A DNA stretch of 64,000 nucleotides from Elusimicrobiota bacterium (GTDB lineage Bacteria; Elusimicrobiota; UBA8919). Below the pieces are notes generated by a model that had not been told where the DNA came from, ran no database searches, and saw nothing but the letters and a program-made list of their open reading frames with translations. Shown here piece after piece: positions 8,782-17,441 of the stretch. The stretch is from assembly GCA_016218625.1 (NCBI GenBank), contig JACRDL010000065.1:1521-65520 (forward strand). The letters run 5' to 3'. The translations under genes and the position numbers were made by a program. Position 1 is the first letter of the stretch. Every line of letters begins with the position of its first letter.

Positions 8782-10252
8782 TTATATTACCTCTTAAATC
8801 AACCAGATGAACCGCACAGGCAAGGCAAGGGTCAAAGGAACGAATAATGCGAACTATTTCAAATGGATTATTTTCGTCTTTGATTTTTGTTCCGATGATT
8901 GCCTGCTCAATAGGTCCCGGCTGTTCTTTATCGTCCATCGGAGATGCGTTCCATGTTGTAGGCACAATACACTGATAATTTTCTATCTTTTTATTTTTAA
9001 CTTTTATCCAATGACCGAGTGCACCGCGAGGACCCTCCGTTAATCCCATGCCTTCCGCTTCTTCTGGCATTTGATAGTCAGTAAAAACTGGTTCATCCGG
9101 ATTTAATTGCAAAACCCAATTTGACATATTATCAGCAACAAGTTTTGATTCAATTGCTCTCGCAGCATGCCGGCCGAGAACAGAAAACAGAACTTCCGGT
9201 TTCGCATTAAATTCTGAAAGAACGCTATCAACAAGTTTTTTAGTTGTTTCATCACCGGAAATATAATTTACTAAAATTCTGGCAAGAGGTCCCACTTCGC
9301 AGACATTACCTTCGTATCTCGGTGATTTAAGCCATGAATATCCGTCTTTTTTATCTTTTTTCGGGATTGTTTCTTCGTCAAGTGGATACTTGTGCGTCTG
9401 TGAATCATCATACCATGAGTATTTTACATCCTCGGTAATTTTTGATGAATCAACAGTTTTATATGTCAGGTCTGTTGAGGTTATTCCGCTTCTTAAAAGC
9501 CGTTTTCTTGAAAGGTAATTCTTTTCGCTGCCTTCCAAATCAAAAACACCATATGCAAGATAATTACCGCATCCCTTGCCGATTTGAAAATAATCGGAAT
9601 ATTTTTTAGCAACAAAAATTACATCGGGGATATAAACATTGTCAATAAATCCACGCAATTCATTCAGCCGCCACAGAAAATTTGTAATTTTATCAACCGT
9701 CGGCTTTTCAGTTACACCGCCGGAAATTATTCCTACATTATGCGGCATTTTTCCGCCGAAAATTGCAAGCATCTCGTGTGCTTTTCTTCTAATTTCAAGC
9801 GCCTTTATGTAGTGCTGTGTCAATTCGGAATTTTCTAATTCAGAAAGACGGTAATCACCTTCGTATCTCGGAATGAAAGGTGGAACATCGGGTGATTTAA
9901 CAAAATCCAGTGCCGCAAGATGATAAAAATGCAAAATATGCGATTGAATAAAATTAGCGCCAAGAATTAGATTTCTTATTATGCGGCCGTTATCCGTAAT
10001 TTTGTCGGCAATCCCAAATGCAGAATCAAGGGCAAGTGCGGAAGCGGTTGCATGGCAAATCGGACAAACACCGCAAATTCTCTGAGTGATTTGCGAGGCA
10101 TCACGCGGGTCTCTGTTTTTTAATATTATTTCAAGCCCTCTGAAAAGTGTACCTGATGAATTTGCCTCTTTTACAATTCCACCGTTAACGATTGCTTCAA
10201 TTTTTAGATGCCCTTCAATTCGGGTTACCGGGTCTATCACAATTTTTGTCAT
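8759..10252 (-). CDS. [NiFe] hydrogenase large subunit
   Basis: N-terminal RICGVCPICH (L1 motif) and C-terminal DPCLACAVH (L2 motif) followed by a 15-aa cleavable extension. 497 aa. Cys, not Sec. Confidence 0.9.
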   Translation of the reverse strand: MTKIVIDPVTRIEGHLKIEAIVNGGIVKEANSSGTLFRGLEIILKNRDPRDASQITQRICGVCPICHATASALALDSAFGIADKITDNGRIIRNLILGANFIQSHILHFYHLAALDFVKSPDVPPFIPRYEGDYRLSELENSELTQHYIKALEIRRKAHEMLAIFGGKMPHNVGIISGGVTEKPTVDKITNFLWRLNELRGFIDNVYIPDVIFVAKKYSDYFQIGKGCGNYLAYGVFDLEGSEKNYLSRKRLLRSGITSTDLTYKTVDSSKITEDVKYSWYDDSQTHKYPLDEETIPKKDKKDGYSWLKSPRYEGNVCEVGPLARILVNYISGDETTKKLVDSVLSEFNAKPEVLFSVLGRHAARAIESKLVADNMSNWVLQLNPDEPVFTDYQMPEEAEGMGLTEGPRGALGHWIKVKNKKIENYQCIVPTTWNASPMDDKEQPGPIEQAIIGTKIKDENNPFEIVRIIRSFDPCLACAVHLVDLRGNIIGKYRTL

Positions 10253-11067
10253 TTTTCTTCGCTCCAGTGAGTTTTTTTATACATCGCTTCTAAATCGGGG
10301 AATTCCGGCTCTACACAGCCGATACAGGGAGAACCATTTTGAATGCACCAGTTGACGCCAGAATTCCAACTTCTTATCGGACAGTCAGCGTTTGTATAAG
10401 GTCCCTTGCAACCAAGTTCAAAAAGACAACCCTCATCGGAAAACTTTTTTGCGAATTTTCCTTTGTCAAAATATGGTCTTCTCTCGCAATTCTCGTGAAT
10501 AAGTTTTCCGTAAAAAAGTTTCGGTCTTGAAAGTTCGTCTAATTGAGGGATCCCAAACAATAAAATATTTGCAACCGTTCCGACAAACCAGTCGGGATGA
10601 GGCGGACAGCCAGGAATGTTTATTATTGGAATCTTTATATTTTTTGAATTCAAAAACTCTTGAACGCTTTTTGATTTTGTCGGATTGGGCTTTCCTTTTG
10701 GAATTCCTCCGAATGCGGAACATGTTCCGAGCGATATAATTGCTGATGCATTTTTTGATAGTTCTTCAACACTATCCTCCATTGATTTTTCAGCGACATC
10801 TCCGAAATCATTTTTTGGAATTGAACCTTCAACTATGAGTATGTATTCGCCGCTTTTATTTTTTTCAGCGTCAATAATTACATCTATTGCCGACTTTCCG
10901 GATGCAGCCATCACGACAGGCATAAATAAAAGATTGATGTGTTTTCCCGGGACAAGTTCATCCAGCAAAACATTTTTTATCGTCGGACTTAAAGAATTAA
11001 GCACCGAAACGGCACATCCGCTACAGGCAGCACCTTGAAACCAAATTACAGAAAATTCTTTTGGCAT
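10249..11067 (-). CDS. [NiFe] hydrogenase small subunit, cytoplasmic (no Tat signal)
   Basis: Proximal cluster GAACSGC. Medial/distal cluster motifs GCLFELGCKGPYTNADCP and WCIQNGSPCIGC. No RRxFxK twin-arginine signal. Confidence 0.85.
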   Translation of the reverse strand: MPKEFSVIWFQGAACSGCAVSVLNSLSPTIKNVLLDELVPGKHINLLFMPVVMAASGKSAIDVIIDAEKNKSGEYILIVEGSIPKNDFGDVAEKSMEDSVEELSKNASAIISLGTCSAFGGIPKGKPNPTKSKSVQEFLNSKNIKIPIINIPGCPPHPDWFVGTVANILLFGIPQLDELSRPKLFYGKLIHENCERRPYFDKGKFAKKFSDEGCLFELGCKGPYTNADCPIRSWNSGVNWCIQNGSPCIGCVEPEFPDLEAMYKKTHWSEEK

Positions 11068-11128
11068 TTTTTTGCTCCGATTATCCCGACGCTTAAGCGT
11101 CGGCTACTAATCCCTCGCATCGTTTTTT

Positions 11129-12847
11129 CTAAAATAGTCCAACAACTTTTCCATCTTTATCTATATCAAGCCGCGTGCCAGCGGGAACAGATGGGAGTCC
11201 CGGCATTGTTCTCATCTCGCCACAAAGTGGATACAAAAACCCTGCACCAATTGACGCACGAATATCACGAATCGGCAATGTAAAATCCTTCGGTCTTCCT
11301 TTCCAACTCGGCTCGTGAGACAATGATAAATGCGTCTTCGCCATATTTATCGGCAATTTATCCCAGCCCAAGTCAGTATAGAGTTTGATTTTTTCTTCTG
11401 CGGGCGGAAGATACTGCACATCTTTTGCACCGTAAATTTTTGATGCAATTGTTTCTATTTTTTTCTTGATAGCCCAGTTCAGTTCATAAAGAAATCGGAA
11501 TTGCATTTTTTTCTCACACGCCTTTACAACTGCTTTTGCTAATTCCATCCCACCCTCGCCGCCTTTTTCCCATACCTCAGAAATAACAGCATCTTCAGCG
11601 CCAAACTCAACTGCTTTTTTTCTGACCAGTTCTATTTCTGTATCGGTATCCGTTGTGAATCTGTTGATTGCAACTACTACCGGTACACCATGCAGTTTTG
11701 CATTTTCAATCTGTTTTTCTAAATTACATAAACCCTGTTCTATAAGTTCCAGATTTTCTTTTGTCAGTTCATCCGGAAGTGATTTACCGGCGATAACATT
11801 TACTTTGCCCGAATGCATCTTTAATGCCCTGATGGAGCAGACCATCACAACACAATTCGGTGTAAGCCCGGAATACCTGCATTTGATATTCATAAACTTT
11901 TCCATCCCGCAGTCCGCACCGAATCCGCTTTCTGTAACCACATAATCAGTCAATTTTAATGCAATTTTATCCGCAATGATTGACGAATTACCATGGGCGA
12001 TATTTGCAAACGGTCCTGCGTGAACAAAACACGGAGTGCCTTCTGTCGTCTGTAACAGGTTGGGCTTGATTGCATCTTTCAAAAGCACCGCCATAGCCCC
12101 TGCTACTTTTATATCTTCCGCAGTTACGGGTCTATTATCATATGTGAACGCAACTACTATTTTCCTTAACCGTTCTCTTAAGTCGCGTAATGAAGTTGTT
12201 AAGGCAAGAATTGCCATCGCTTCAGAGGCAACTGAAATATCAAACCCTGTATAAAGTGGTACGCCATCATCACCGGGGCCAAGCCCTGTGATTATATTTC
12301 TTAAAAAGCGTTCTGAGACATCAACAACATACCGCCATAAGATTTTTTTCGGGTCAATATTTATCTGCCTGCGATAAAGTGCATTATTCAAAAATGCCAT
12401 ACATAGATTATGCGCAATTGATACCGCATGGACATCACCTGTAAGATGCAGATTAAAATCTTCCATCGGTAGAACCTGCGAATAGCCGCCACCCGCTGCA
12501 CCACCCTTTATGCCAAAAACAGGACCGAGTGATGGTTGTCTGATAGTGGTGATAACCTTTTTATCAATTTTAGCAAGACCGAGTGAAAGCCCGATTGTGG
12601 TGACCGTTTTGCCTTCGCCGAGCGGTGTTGGTGTGATTGCTGTTACATCAATATATTTTCCTTGTGGTTTATCTTTGAGTCGTTCAAGAACTTCCAGTTT
12701 TATTTTTGCTTTATAGTCGCCATAAAGTTCAAGTTCGTTTTTTCTGAGACCGATTTTTTCTGCAATCTCCGTAATTGGTTCCAGTTTGATTGATTGCGCA
12801 ATCTCAATATCCGACGGTACATTTTTAGCCATATTTTCCTCCCACAA
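11129..12847 (-). CDS. fhs: Formate--tetrahydrofolate ligase
   Basis: PTPLGEGKTVTTIGL signature. 572 aa. Confidence 0.95.
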   Translation of the reverse strand: MWEENMAKNVPSDIEIAQSIKLEPITEIAEKIGLRKNELELYGDYKAKIKLEVLERLKDKPQGKYIDVTAITPTPLGEGKTVTTIGLSLGLAKIDKKVITTIRQPSLGPVFGIKGGAAGGGYSQVLPMEDFNLHLTGDVHAVSIAHNLCMAFLNNALYRRQINIDPKKILWRYVVDVSERFLRNIITGLGPGDDGVPLYTGFDISVASEAMAILALTTSLRDLRERLRKIVVAFTYDNRPVTAEDIKVAGAMAVLLKDAIKPNLLQTTEGTPCFVHAGPFANIAHGNSSIIADKIALKLTDYVVTESGFGADCGMEKFMNIKCRYSGLTPNCVVMVCSIRALKMHSGKVNVIAGKSLPDELTKENLELIEQGLCNLEKQIENAKLHGVPVVVAINRFTTDTDTEIELVRKKAVEFGAEDAVISEVWEKGGEGGMELAKAVVKACEKKMQFRFLYELNWAIKKKIETIASKIYGAKDVQYLPPAEEKIKLYTDLGWDKLPINMAKTHLSLSHEPSWKGRPKDFTLPIRDIRASIGAGFLYPLCGEMRTMPGLPSVPAGTRLDIDKDGKVVGLF

Positions 12848-12872
12848 AAAATTATACTTAAAAAACCTATTT

Positions 12873-12968
12873 TGTCAAGATAAGCCACAGAATTTCACAG
12901 AAGTTCATAGAAGTTTTTTCTGTGTCATTTCTGTGTCTTTCTGTGGCGCCTTTCAAATTCCGATACCA
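12873..12968. repeat. Repeat family B copy. Structure: [cacagaa]n … [ttctgtg]n hairpin … cctttcaaattccgata.
   Basis: Copies are at 15925-16035 and three tandem copies at 41343-41641. Each lies immediately 3' of a stop codon (moeA, tupA, the methyltransferase). Confidence 0.85.
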
Positions 12969-12977
12969 CTAAATAAT

Positions 12978-14171
12978 TCACCATAACAAAAGTTTTACTA
13001 TGCTATTTTTTTTTAAGAAAGATTTATTTTCATTAACTATCATAAAAGCATTTGCTTTTGAAAGCGAACCTATATCGGCAGAACCGCGATAATCGCTAAT
13101 CGGCAATACACTGATTTGATTTTTATTATCAATAACAAATGCCGGTACAAAATGTTTTCTGCCGGGGTGCTGCCTAAAATCAATCTTCAATATCCCGGAT
13201 TTTATATTCAATCCCGGGGTCATTCCCATCATTTTCTCGATTGCCGGTTTAATCATAACTAAAAATATCAGATATGCTGAAACAGGATTGCCCGGAATAC
13301 CGAAAATTATTTTTCTTCCCTTAATTCCAAAGAATACGGGTTTGCCGGGTTTAATTTTAACTGTATGAAATATTTTTTTAACACCGCATAAGTTCAATAT
13401 AGACGGTACTAAATCATAATCGCCTACGGAAACCCCGCCTGAAACAAGTAAAATATCATTTTTCATCTCTTCCACTATCGCTTTTTTTAGTTTTTTTTCT
13501 TCATCCCCGACAATACCTCTATATGCAACTTGCACATTCATCTTTTTAAGTAAGGATGACAGCATCGGACCATTACTATTATAAATCTTTCCCTTAATCA
13601 AATCATTCCCGGGCTCGATTATTTCATTGCCTGTATTAATTATCGCTGCGGTAGGTTTCCTATAAACCTTTACTTTTATTGCCCCAAGAGCGGAAATTAC
13701 AGAAACTTCAGGGGCTCTTATAGGTGTACCTTTTTTAAGAACAATTTTGCCTTTTCTTACATTTTCCCCTCTCAAAGATATGTTTTCACCTTGTTTTATA
13801 TTTTTCAGTATCTCAACACGCCCGTTCTTATTTTTCTTGGTATGCTCAACCATTACAACGGAATCGGTGCCTTTCGGCAGCGGTGAGCCCGTCATTATTC
13901 TGACGCATTCGCCTTTTCCGACAGTTTTCTTACAAATCTGACCCGCCGATATTATATCAATACATTTTAATCTCACCGGTATATGAACCAGATCCCGACA
14001 ACGGACAGCATACCCGTCCATAGAAGATTTGTTAAAAGGCGGTATGTTGCATTTTGCTTTAATATCTTCGGCAAGAATATACCCGAGCGCTTCATCTGTC
14101 GGTAATTTTTCGGTATCTAATATTTTCGCCCGAGCAAGTACCTTCTTAAATGCTTCATTAAAACTAATCAT
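12978..14171 (-). CDS. moeA: Molybdopterin molybdenum/tungsten transferase
   Basis: MoeA domain order and length (397 aa), including the GGVSVGDYD motif. Confidence 0.85.
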   Translation of the reverse strand: MISFNEAFKKVLARAKILDTEKLPTDEALGYILAEDIKAKCNIPPFNKSSMDGYAVRCRDLVHIPVRLKCIDIISAGQICKKTVGKGECVRIMTGSPLPKGTDSVVMVEHTKKNKNGRVEILKNIKQGENISLRGENVRKGKIVLKKGTPIRAPEVSVISALGAIKVKVYRKPTAAIINTGNEIIEPGNDLIKGKIYNSNGPMLSSLLKKMNVQVAYRGIVGDEEKKLKKAIVEEMKNDILLVSGGVSVGDYDLVPSILNLCGVKKIFHTVKIKPGKPVFFGIKGRKIIFGIPGNPVSAYLIFLVMIKPAIEKMMGMTPGLNIKSGILKIDFRQHPGRKHFVPAFVIDNKNQISVLPISDYRGSADIGSLSKANAFMIVNENKSFLKKNSIVKLLLW

Positions 14172-15163
14172 TGGTATACCTTCACAGCAGACGCTTTGAA
14201 AATTACAAAAACTTCTTCATCTATATTCAAACGCATATCAAAAAAAGATTTCTTGGTAATAAAAACGTGCAGTGGAATACCGATATCTACAACCAAATCT
14301 ATAAGACCTTTTAATTCCGCTATACTGACAATTCTTGACTTAAAACTATTCAATGCACTGGAATAAATATTCTGTCGGGAAATAATAATATCGCTTGGGT
14401 CAATCGAAACTGTTGCCCGGCATGGCTTCTCTGCCACTGCATAAATTTTTACTCCATTAGTAAGTTCTGCCGCCTTTACACCACCGCAATCGGTCAGGTT
14501 AACAAAAAATACATTCCATAACGGGTTGGGTTCAATTCTACCGTTAACCAGATACATAATATCCGACGTGAATTTGTACGCCTGATTTAAGTCATGGGTC
14601 GTCATTATAACCGTTTTATTAATATCATTTATCATTGAATAAATTATATCTTCCGCTATGTTGATATAACCCTTGTCCAAGTTTGCCGTCGGTTCGTCCA
14701 AAAGTATAATATCTGTATCCAATACCATTGATCTTGCAATTGCCACTTTTTTTTTCTCGCCGGCAGATAATACCGAGCCATTTTTATTTCTTAATTCCCA
14801 CAATCCTAACCGTTCCATCACAGGCTTGATTATTTGCACAATCTTTTTTTTATCAACGGAACGGAATATTAACCCCTGCGATATATTATTAAATACTGTT
14901 GTTTTGAAAATGTAGGGTGTCTGCATTACCGATGTAATTTTTCTATTAAGGTTATCAACCGGAAAACCATAATTTCCGAAATTAATCTCACCTTCCGAAG
15001 GTTTATCTAAAAATCCTAAAAGATTTAACAGAGTGGTTTTCCCAGCGCCGTTGGGTCCGTATATTATATAAAATTTTCCCTGTTCAATGGTAAGTGACGG
15101 TATATCTAAAACCAAAGTATCACAATAATATTTTTTTATATTTTTAATTTCGTATAAATTCAT
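14168..15163 (-). CDS. tupC: ABC transporter ATP-binding protein with a C-terminal TOBE-like domain (tungstate/molybdate type)
   Basis: Walker A GPNGAGKTT, LSAGEKKKVAIAR signature and Walker B ILLDEP. 331 aa with a ~100-aa C-terminal extension. Confidence 0.7.
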   Translation of the reverse strand: MNLYEIKNIKKYYCDTLVLDIPSLTIEQGKFYIIYGPNGAGKTTLLNLLGFLDKPSEGEINFGNYGFPVDNLNRKITSVMQTPYIFKTTVFNNISQGLIFRSVDKKKIVQIIKPVMERLGLWELRNKNGSVLSAGEKKKVAIARSMVLDTDIILLDEPTANLDKGYINIAEDIIYSMINDINKTVIMTTHDLNQAYKFTSDIMYLVNGRIEPNPLWNVFFVNLTDCGGVKAAELTNGVKIYAVAEKPCRATVSIDPSDIIISRQNIYSSALNSFKSRIVSIAELKGLIDLVVDIGIPLHVFITKKSFFDMRLNIDEEVFVIFKASAVKVYQ

Positions 15164-15174
15164 TTTTTATATTC

Positions 15175-15212
15175 GCTACGCTCACCCCCGACTAAAGTCG
15201 GGGGCTACATTA
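15175..15212. repeat. Family F GC-stem hairpin (cgctcacccccgactaaagtcgggggctacatt) between tupB and tupC
   Basis: Related copies are inserted in CDSs at 37501-37540 and 56314-56350, and inside the 3684-3856 element. Confidence 0.7.
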
Positions 15213-15938
15213 TTGGCTCTTTTTCACAAATACTTGAAACAATAAATTAATTCCCAGCGCAATTATAATTAAAATCAAACCGAGTGCGAGTCCTAATATA
15301 AATTCACCCTTCGTTGTTTCAAACGCAATTGCTGTGGTAATATTTCTGGTATAGTTTTTAATATTACCTCCCAGCATCATTGAAATACCGACTTCCGAAA
15401 ATACCCGCCCGAAACCTACAATTACGGCAGATAAAATCATTATATGCAATTCTTTAGCAAGTGTTGATATTGACTGAAATTTGGTTGCCCCCAAGGCAAT
15501 CGCTGTAATGTATATTTTTTTATCCGCATTTTCCATGACTGATAAAACGAGCGCAGTAATTATCGGCGTTGCAAGGATAATCTGTCCTATAATCATTGCA
15601 TATGGCGTATATAAAAAGTTGAACCCGCCCAAAAAACCTTTTCTGCACAGCATTGAATAAACAACAAGACCTATTACAACAGTGGGTAAAGCCGTTAACG
15701 TATTAATAATAGTTATCAAAATTTGTCTGCCCTTAAACTGATTTATAGATATAATAAATACCAGCGACATGCTAAAAATTGCAGCAATTAAAACGGATGT
15801 ACCTGTTATCCAAAGCGATGTCCATGAGATTTGTAAAATGTTTCCGTCCAATGTAAATATCAAAAAAAATGCTTTCCCTAAACTATCAAAAAAATAACTC
15901 ATAATTTTTGTGTAATCAATTTGAACAAGATAAGCCAC
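15210..15938 (-). CDS. tupB: ABC transporter permease (tungstate/molybdate type)
   Basis: 242 aa, polytopic. Sits between the ATPase and binding-protein genes. Confidence 0.7.
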   Translation of the reverse strand: MAYLVQIDYTKIMSYFFDSLGKAFFLIFTLDGNILQISWTSLWITGTSVLIAAIFSMSLVFIISINQFKGRQILITIINTLTALPTVVIGLVVYSMLCRKGFLGGFNFLYTPYAMIIGQIILATPIITALVLSVMENADKKIYITAIALGATKFQSISTLAKELHIMILSAVIVGFGRVFSEVGISMMLGGNIKNYTRNITTAIAFETTKGEFILGLALGLILIIIALGINLLFQVFVKKSQ

Positions 15939-16035
15939 AGAATGTCACAGAATTTCACAGAAGTTTTTTCTGTGCTGTTTCGGCGACTGTCCCGCTTGCG
16001 GGATAATTCTGTGGCGCCTTTCAAATTCCGATGCT
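15925..16035. repeat. Repeat family B copy (supplies the last codons of tupA)
   Basis: caagataagccacagaatgtcacagaatttcacagaag…ttctgtggcgcctttcaaattccgatgc. Confidence 0.85.
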
Positions 16036-16866
16036 CTGAAATAATTGTTTGTTTTTTATCTTAAATTTATTTATCAGTTCTTTGGCCTCTTTTGAAGAAA
16101 GCCATCCGACGAATTGTTTTGCCTCATTATATTTTATCTGTTTATGTAAATTGGGATTGACAATTATGACGGAATACGGATTGTTTAAAATTTTATCTCC
16201 TTCAAAAAGCACACCCAAATCAATTTTATCTTCATATGAAATAAAAGTTGCCCTATCCGTCAAACAATACCCATTTTTTTCATTTGCAATAATAAGTGTC
16301 TCTCCCATTCCCTGTCCCGTTTCCACATACCATTGACCTTTCGGAGAAACATTACACCGATTCCATATTTCAAGTTCTTTTATATGTGTTCCCGAATTAT
16401 CTCCCCGGGATATAAATATAAGTTTTTCTTCAACGATTCTTTTAAACATATCAACAACCTTTTTTAAATTCCTAATTTTAGCAGCATTTTTTTCGGGTCC
16501 AACAATAATAAAATCATTATAAAATACCGGTTTTCTATCTATTCCAAAACCTTTTTTTACAAAATTTTCTTCCGCTAGCGGGTCATGGACCAAAACAATA
16601 TCAACATCGCCATTTTCGGCAAGTTTTAGCGCTTTACCGGACCCTACGGCAATGATTTGTATTTTGCTCCCGTATTTTTTTTCAAAAACAGGCAAAAGAA
16701 AATCCATTAGACCGGAATTTTCTACGCTGGTTGTTGTGGCCATCTTGAGAATTGGTAATTTAGGAGCGCAACCGATAAAGACAGTGAACAGTAAAGTCAA
16801 AACCCACCACTTCCTACTTCCGCGTCTGTTCTGCGTCTTGTTCCGCACCTGTTCCGTGTTTTTCAT
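16021..16866 (-). CDS. tupA: Tungstate-binding periplasmic protein
   Basis: Contains ATTTSVENSGL, the TTTS signature of TupA-type binding proteins, plus a signal peptide/TM. The last five codons and the stop are contributed by a copy of repeat family B. Confidence 0.7.
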   Translation of the reverse strand: MKNTEQVRNKTQNRRGSRKWWVLTLLFTVFIGCAPKLPILKMATTTSVENSGLMDFLLPVFEKKYGSKIQIIAVGSGKALKLAENGDVDIVLVHDPLAEENFVKKGFGIDRKPVFYNDFIIVGPEKNAAKIRNLKKVVDMFKRIVEEKLIFISRGDNSGTHIKELEIWNRCNVSPKGQWYVETGQGMGETLIIANEKNGYCLTDRATFISYEDKIDLGVLFEGDKILNNPYSVIIVNPNLHKQIKYNEAKQFVGWLSSKEAKELINKFKIKNKQLFQSIGI

Positions 16867-17438
16867 CTCTGCTCCATATCTTTTGGTGTATTAATACTAA
16901 ATACTGATAATTCTTCTTTTTCGTTTAACTTTATGTATTCGCAGAAAAATTTTGAAACCGTTTTATTGACAGAAAACTCACGTTTTTTGAGAGATTCTTC
17001 AATATAAGGAGCGATTTTTTTGCTATACGCCGCGAATAACGGCTCCATTCCTTTATGCGTATACGGAACCACACAATCGGCGCGGGTTTTTGGCACTCTT
17101 TTTATAATTCTTCCTATCAGATTTTTATCAATATAGGGCATATCGCAGGCGACAAAAAAAGCGTATTCCGTATTTATTGTTTTCAACCCCGTATAAATTC
17201 CGCCGAGAGGTCCGCAGTTTTTTATAATATCACTGACGATATTAATATCATTGAATTCGGAAAAATCCCGAGAATTATTTGTAACGATTATTATTTCAGA
17301 AAAAATATTTTCAAGAACGCCCAGCATTATGTCAATAATTCTCTCTTTGCCGATTTTAAGTAATGCCTTGTTATAGCCGGAAAACCTTGTGTTTTTTCCG
17401 CCGGCTAAAATAACAGCGGAAATATTTTTATCTTTCAT
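16863..17438 (-). CDS. mobA: Molybdenum cofactor guanylyltransferase
   Basis: AVILAGGKNTRFSG…NKALL motif. 191 aa. Confidence 0.75.
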   Translation of the reverse strand: MKDKNISAVILAGGKNTRFSGYNKALLKIGKERIIDIMLGVLENIFSEIIIVTNNSRDFSEFNDINIVSDIIKNCGPLGGIYTGLKTINTEYAFFVACDMPYIDKNLIGRIIKRVPKTRADCVVPYTHKGMEPLFAAYSKKIAPYIEESLKKREFSVNKTVSKFFCEYIKLNEKEELSVFSINTPKDMEQR

Positions 17439-17441
17439 AAT

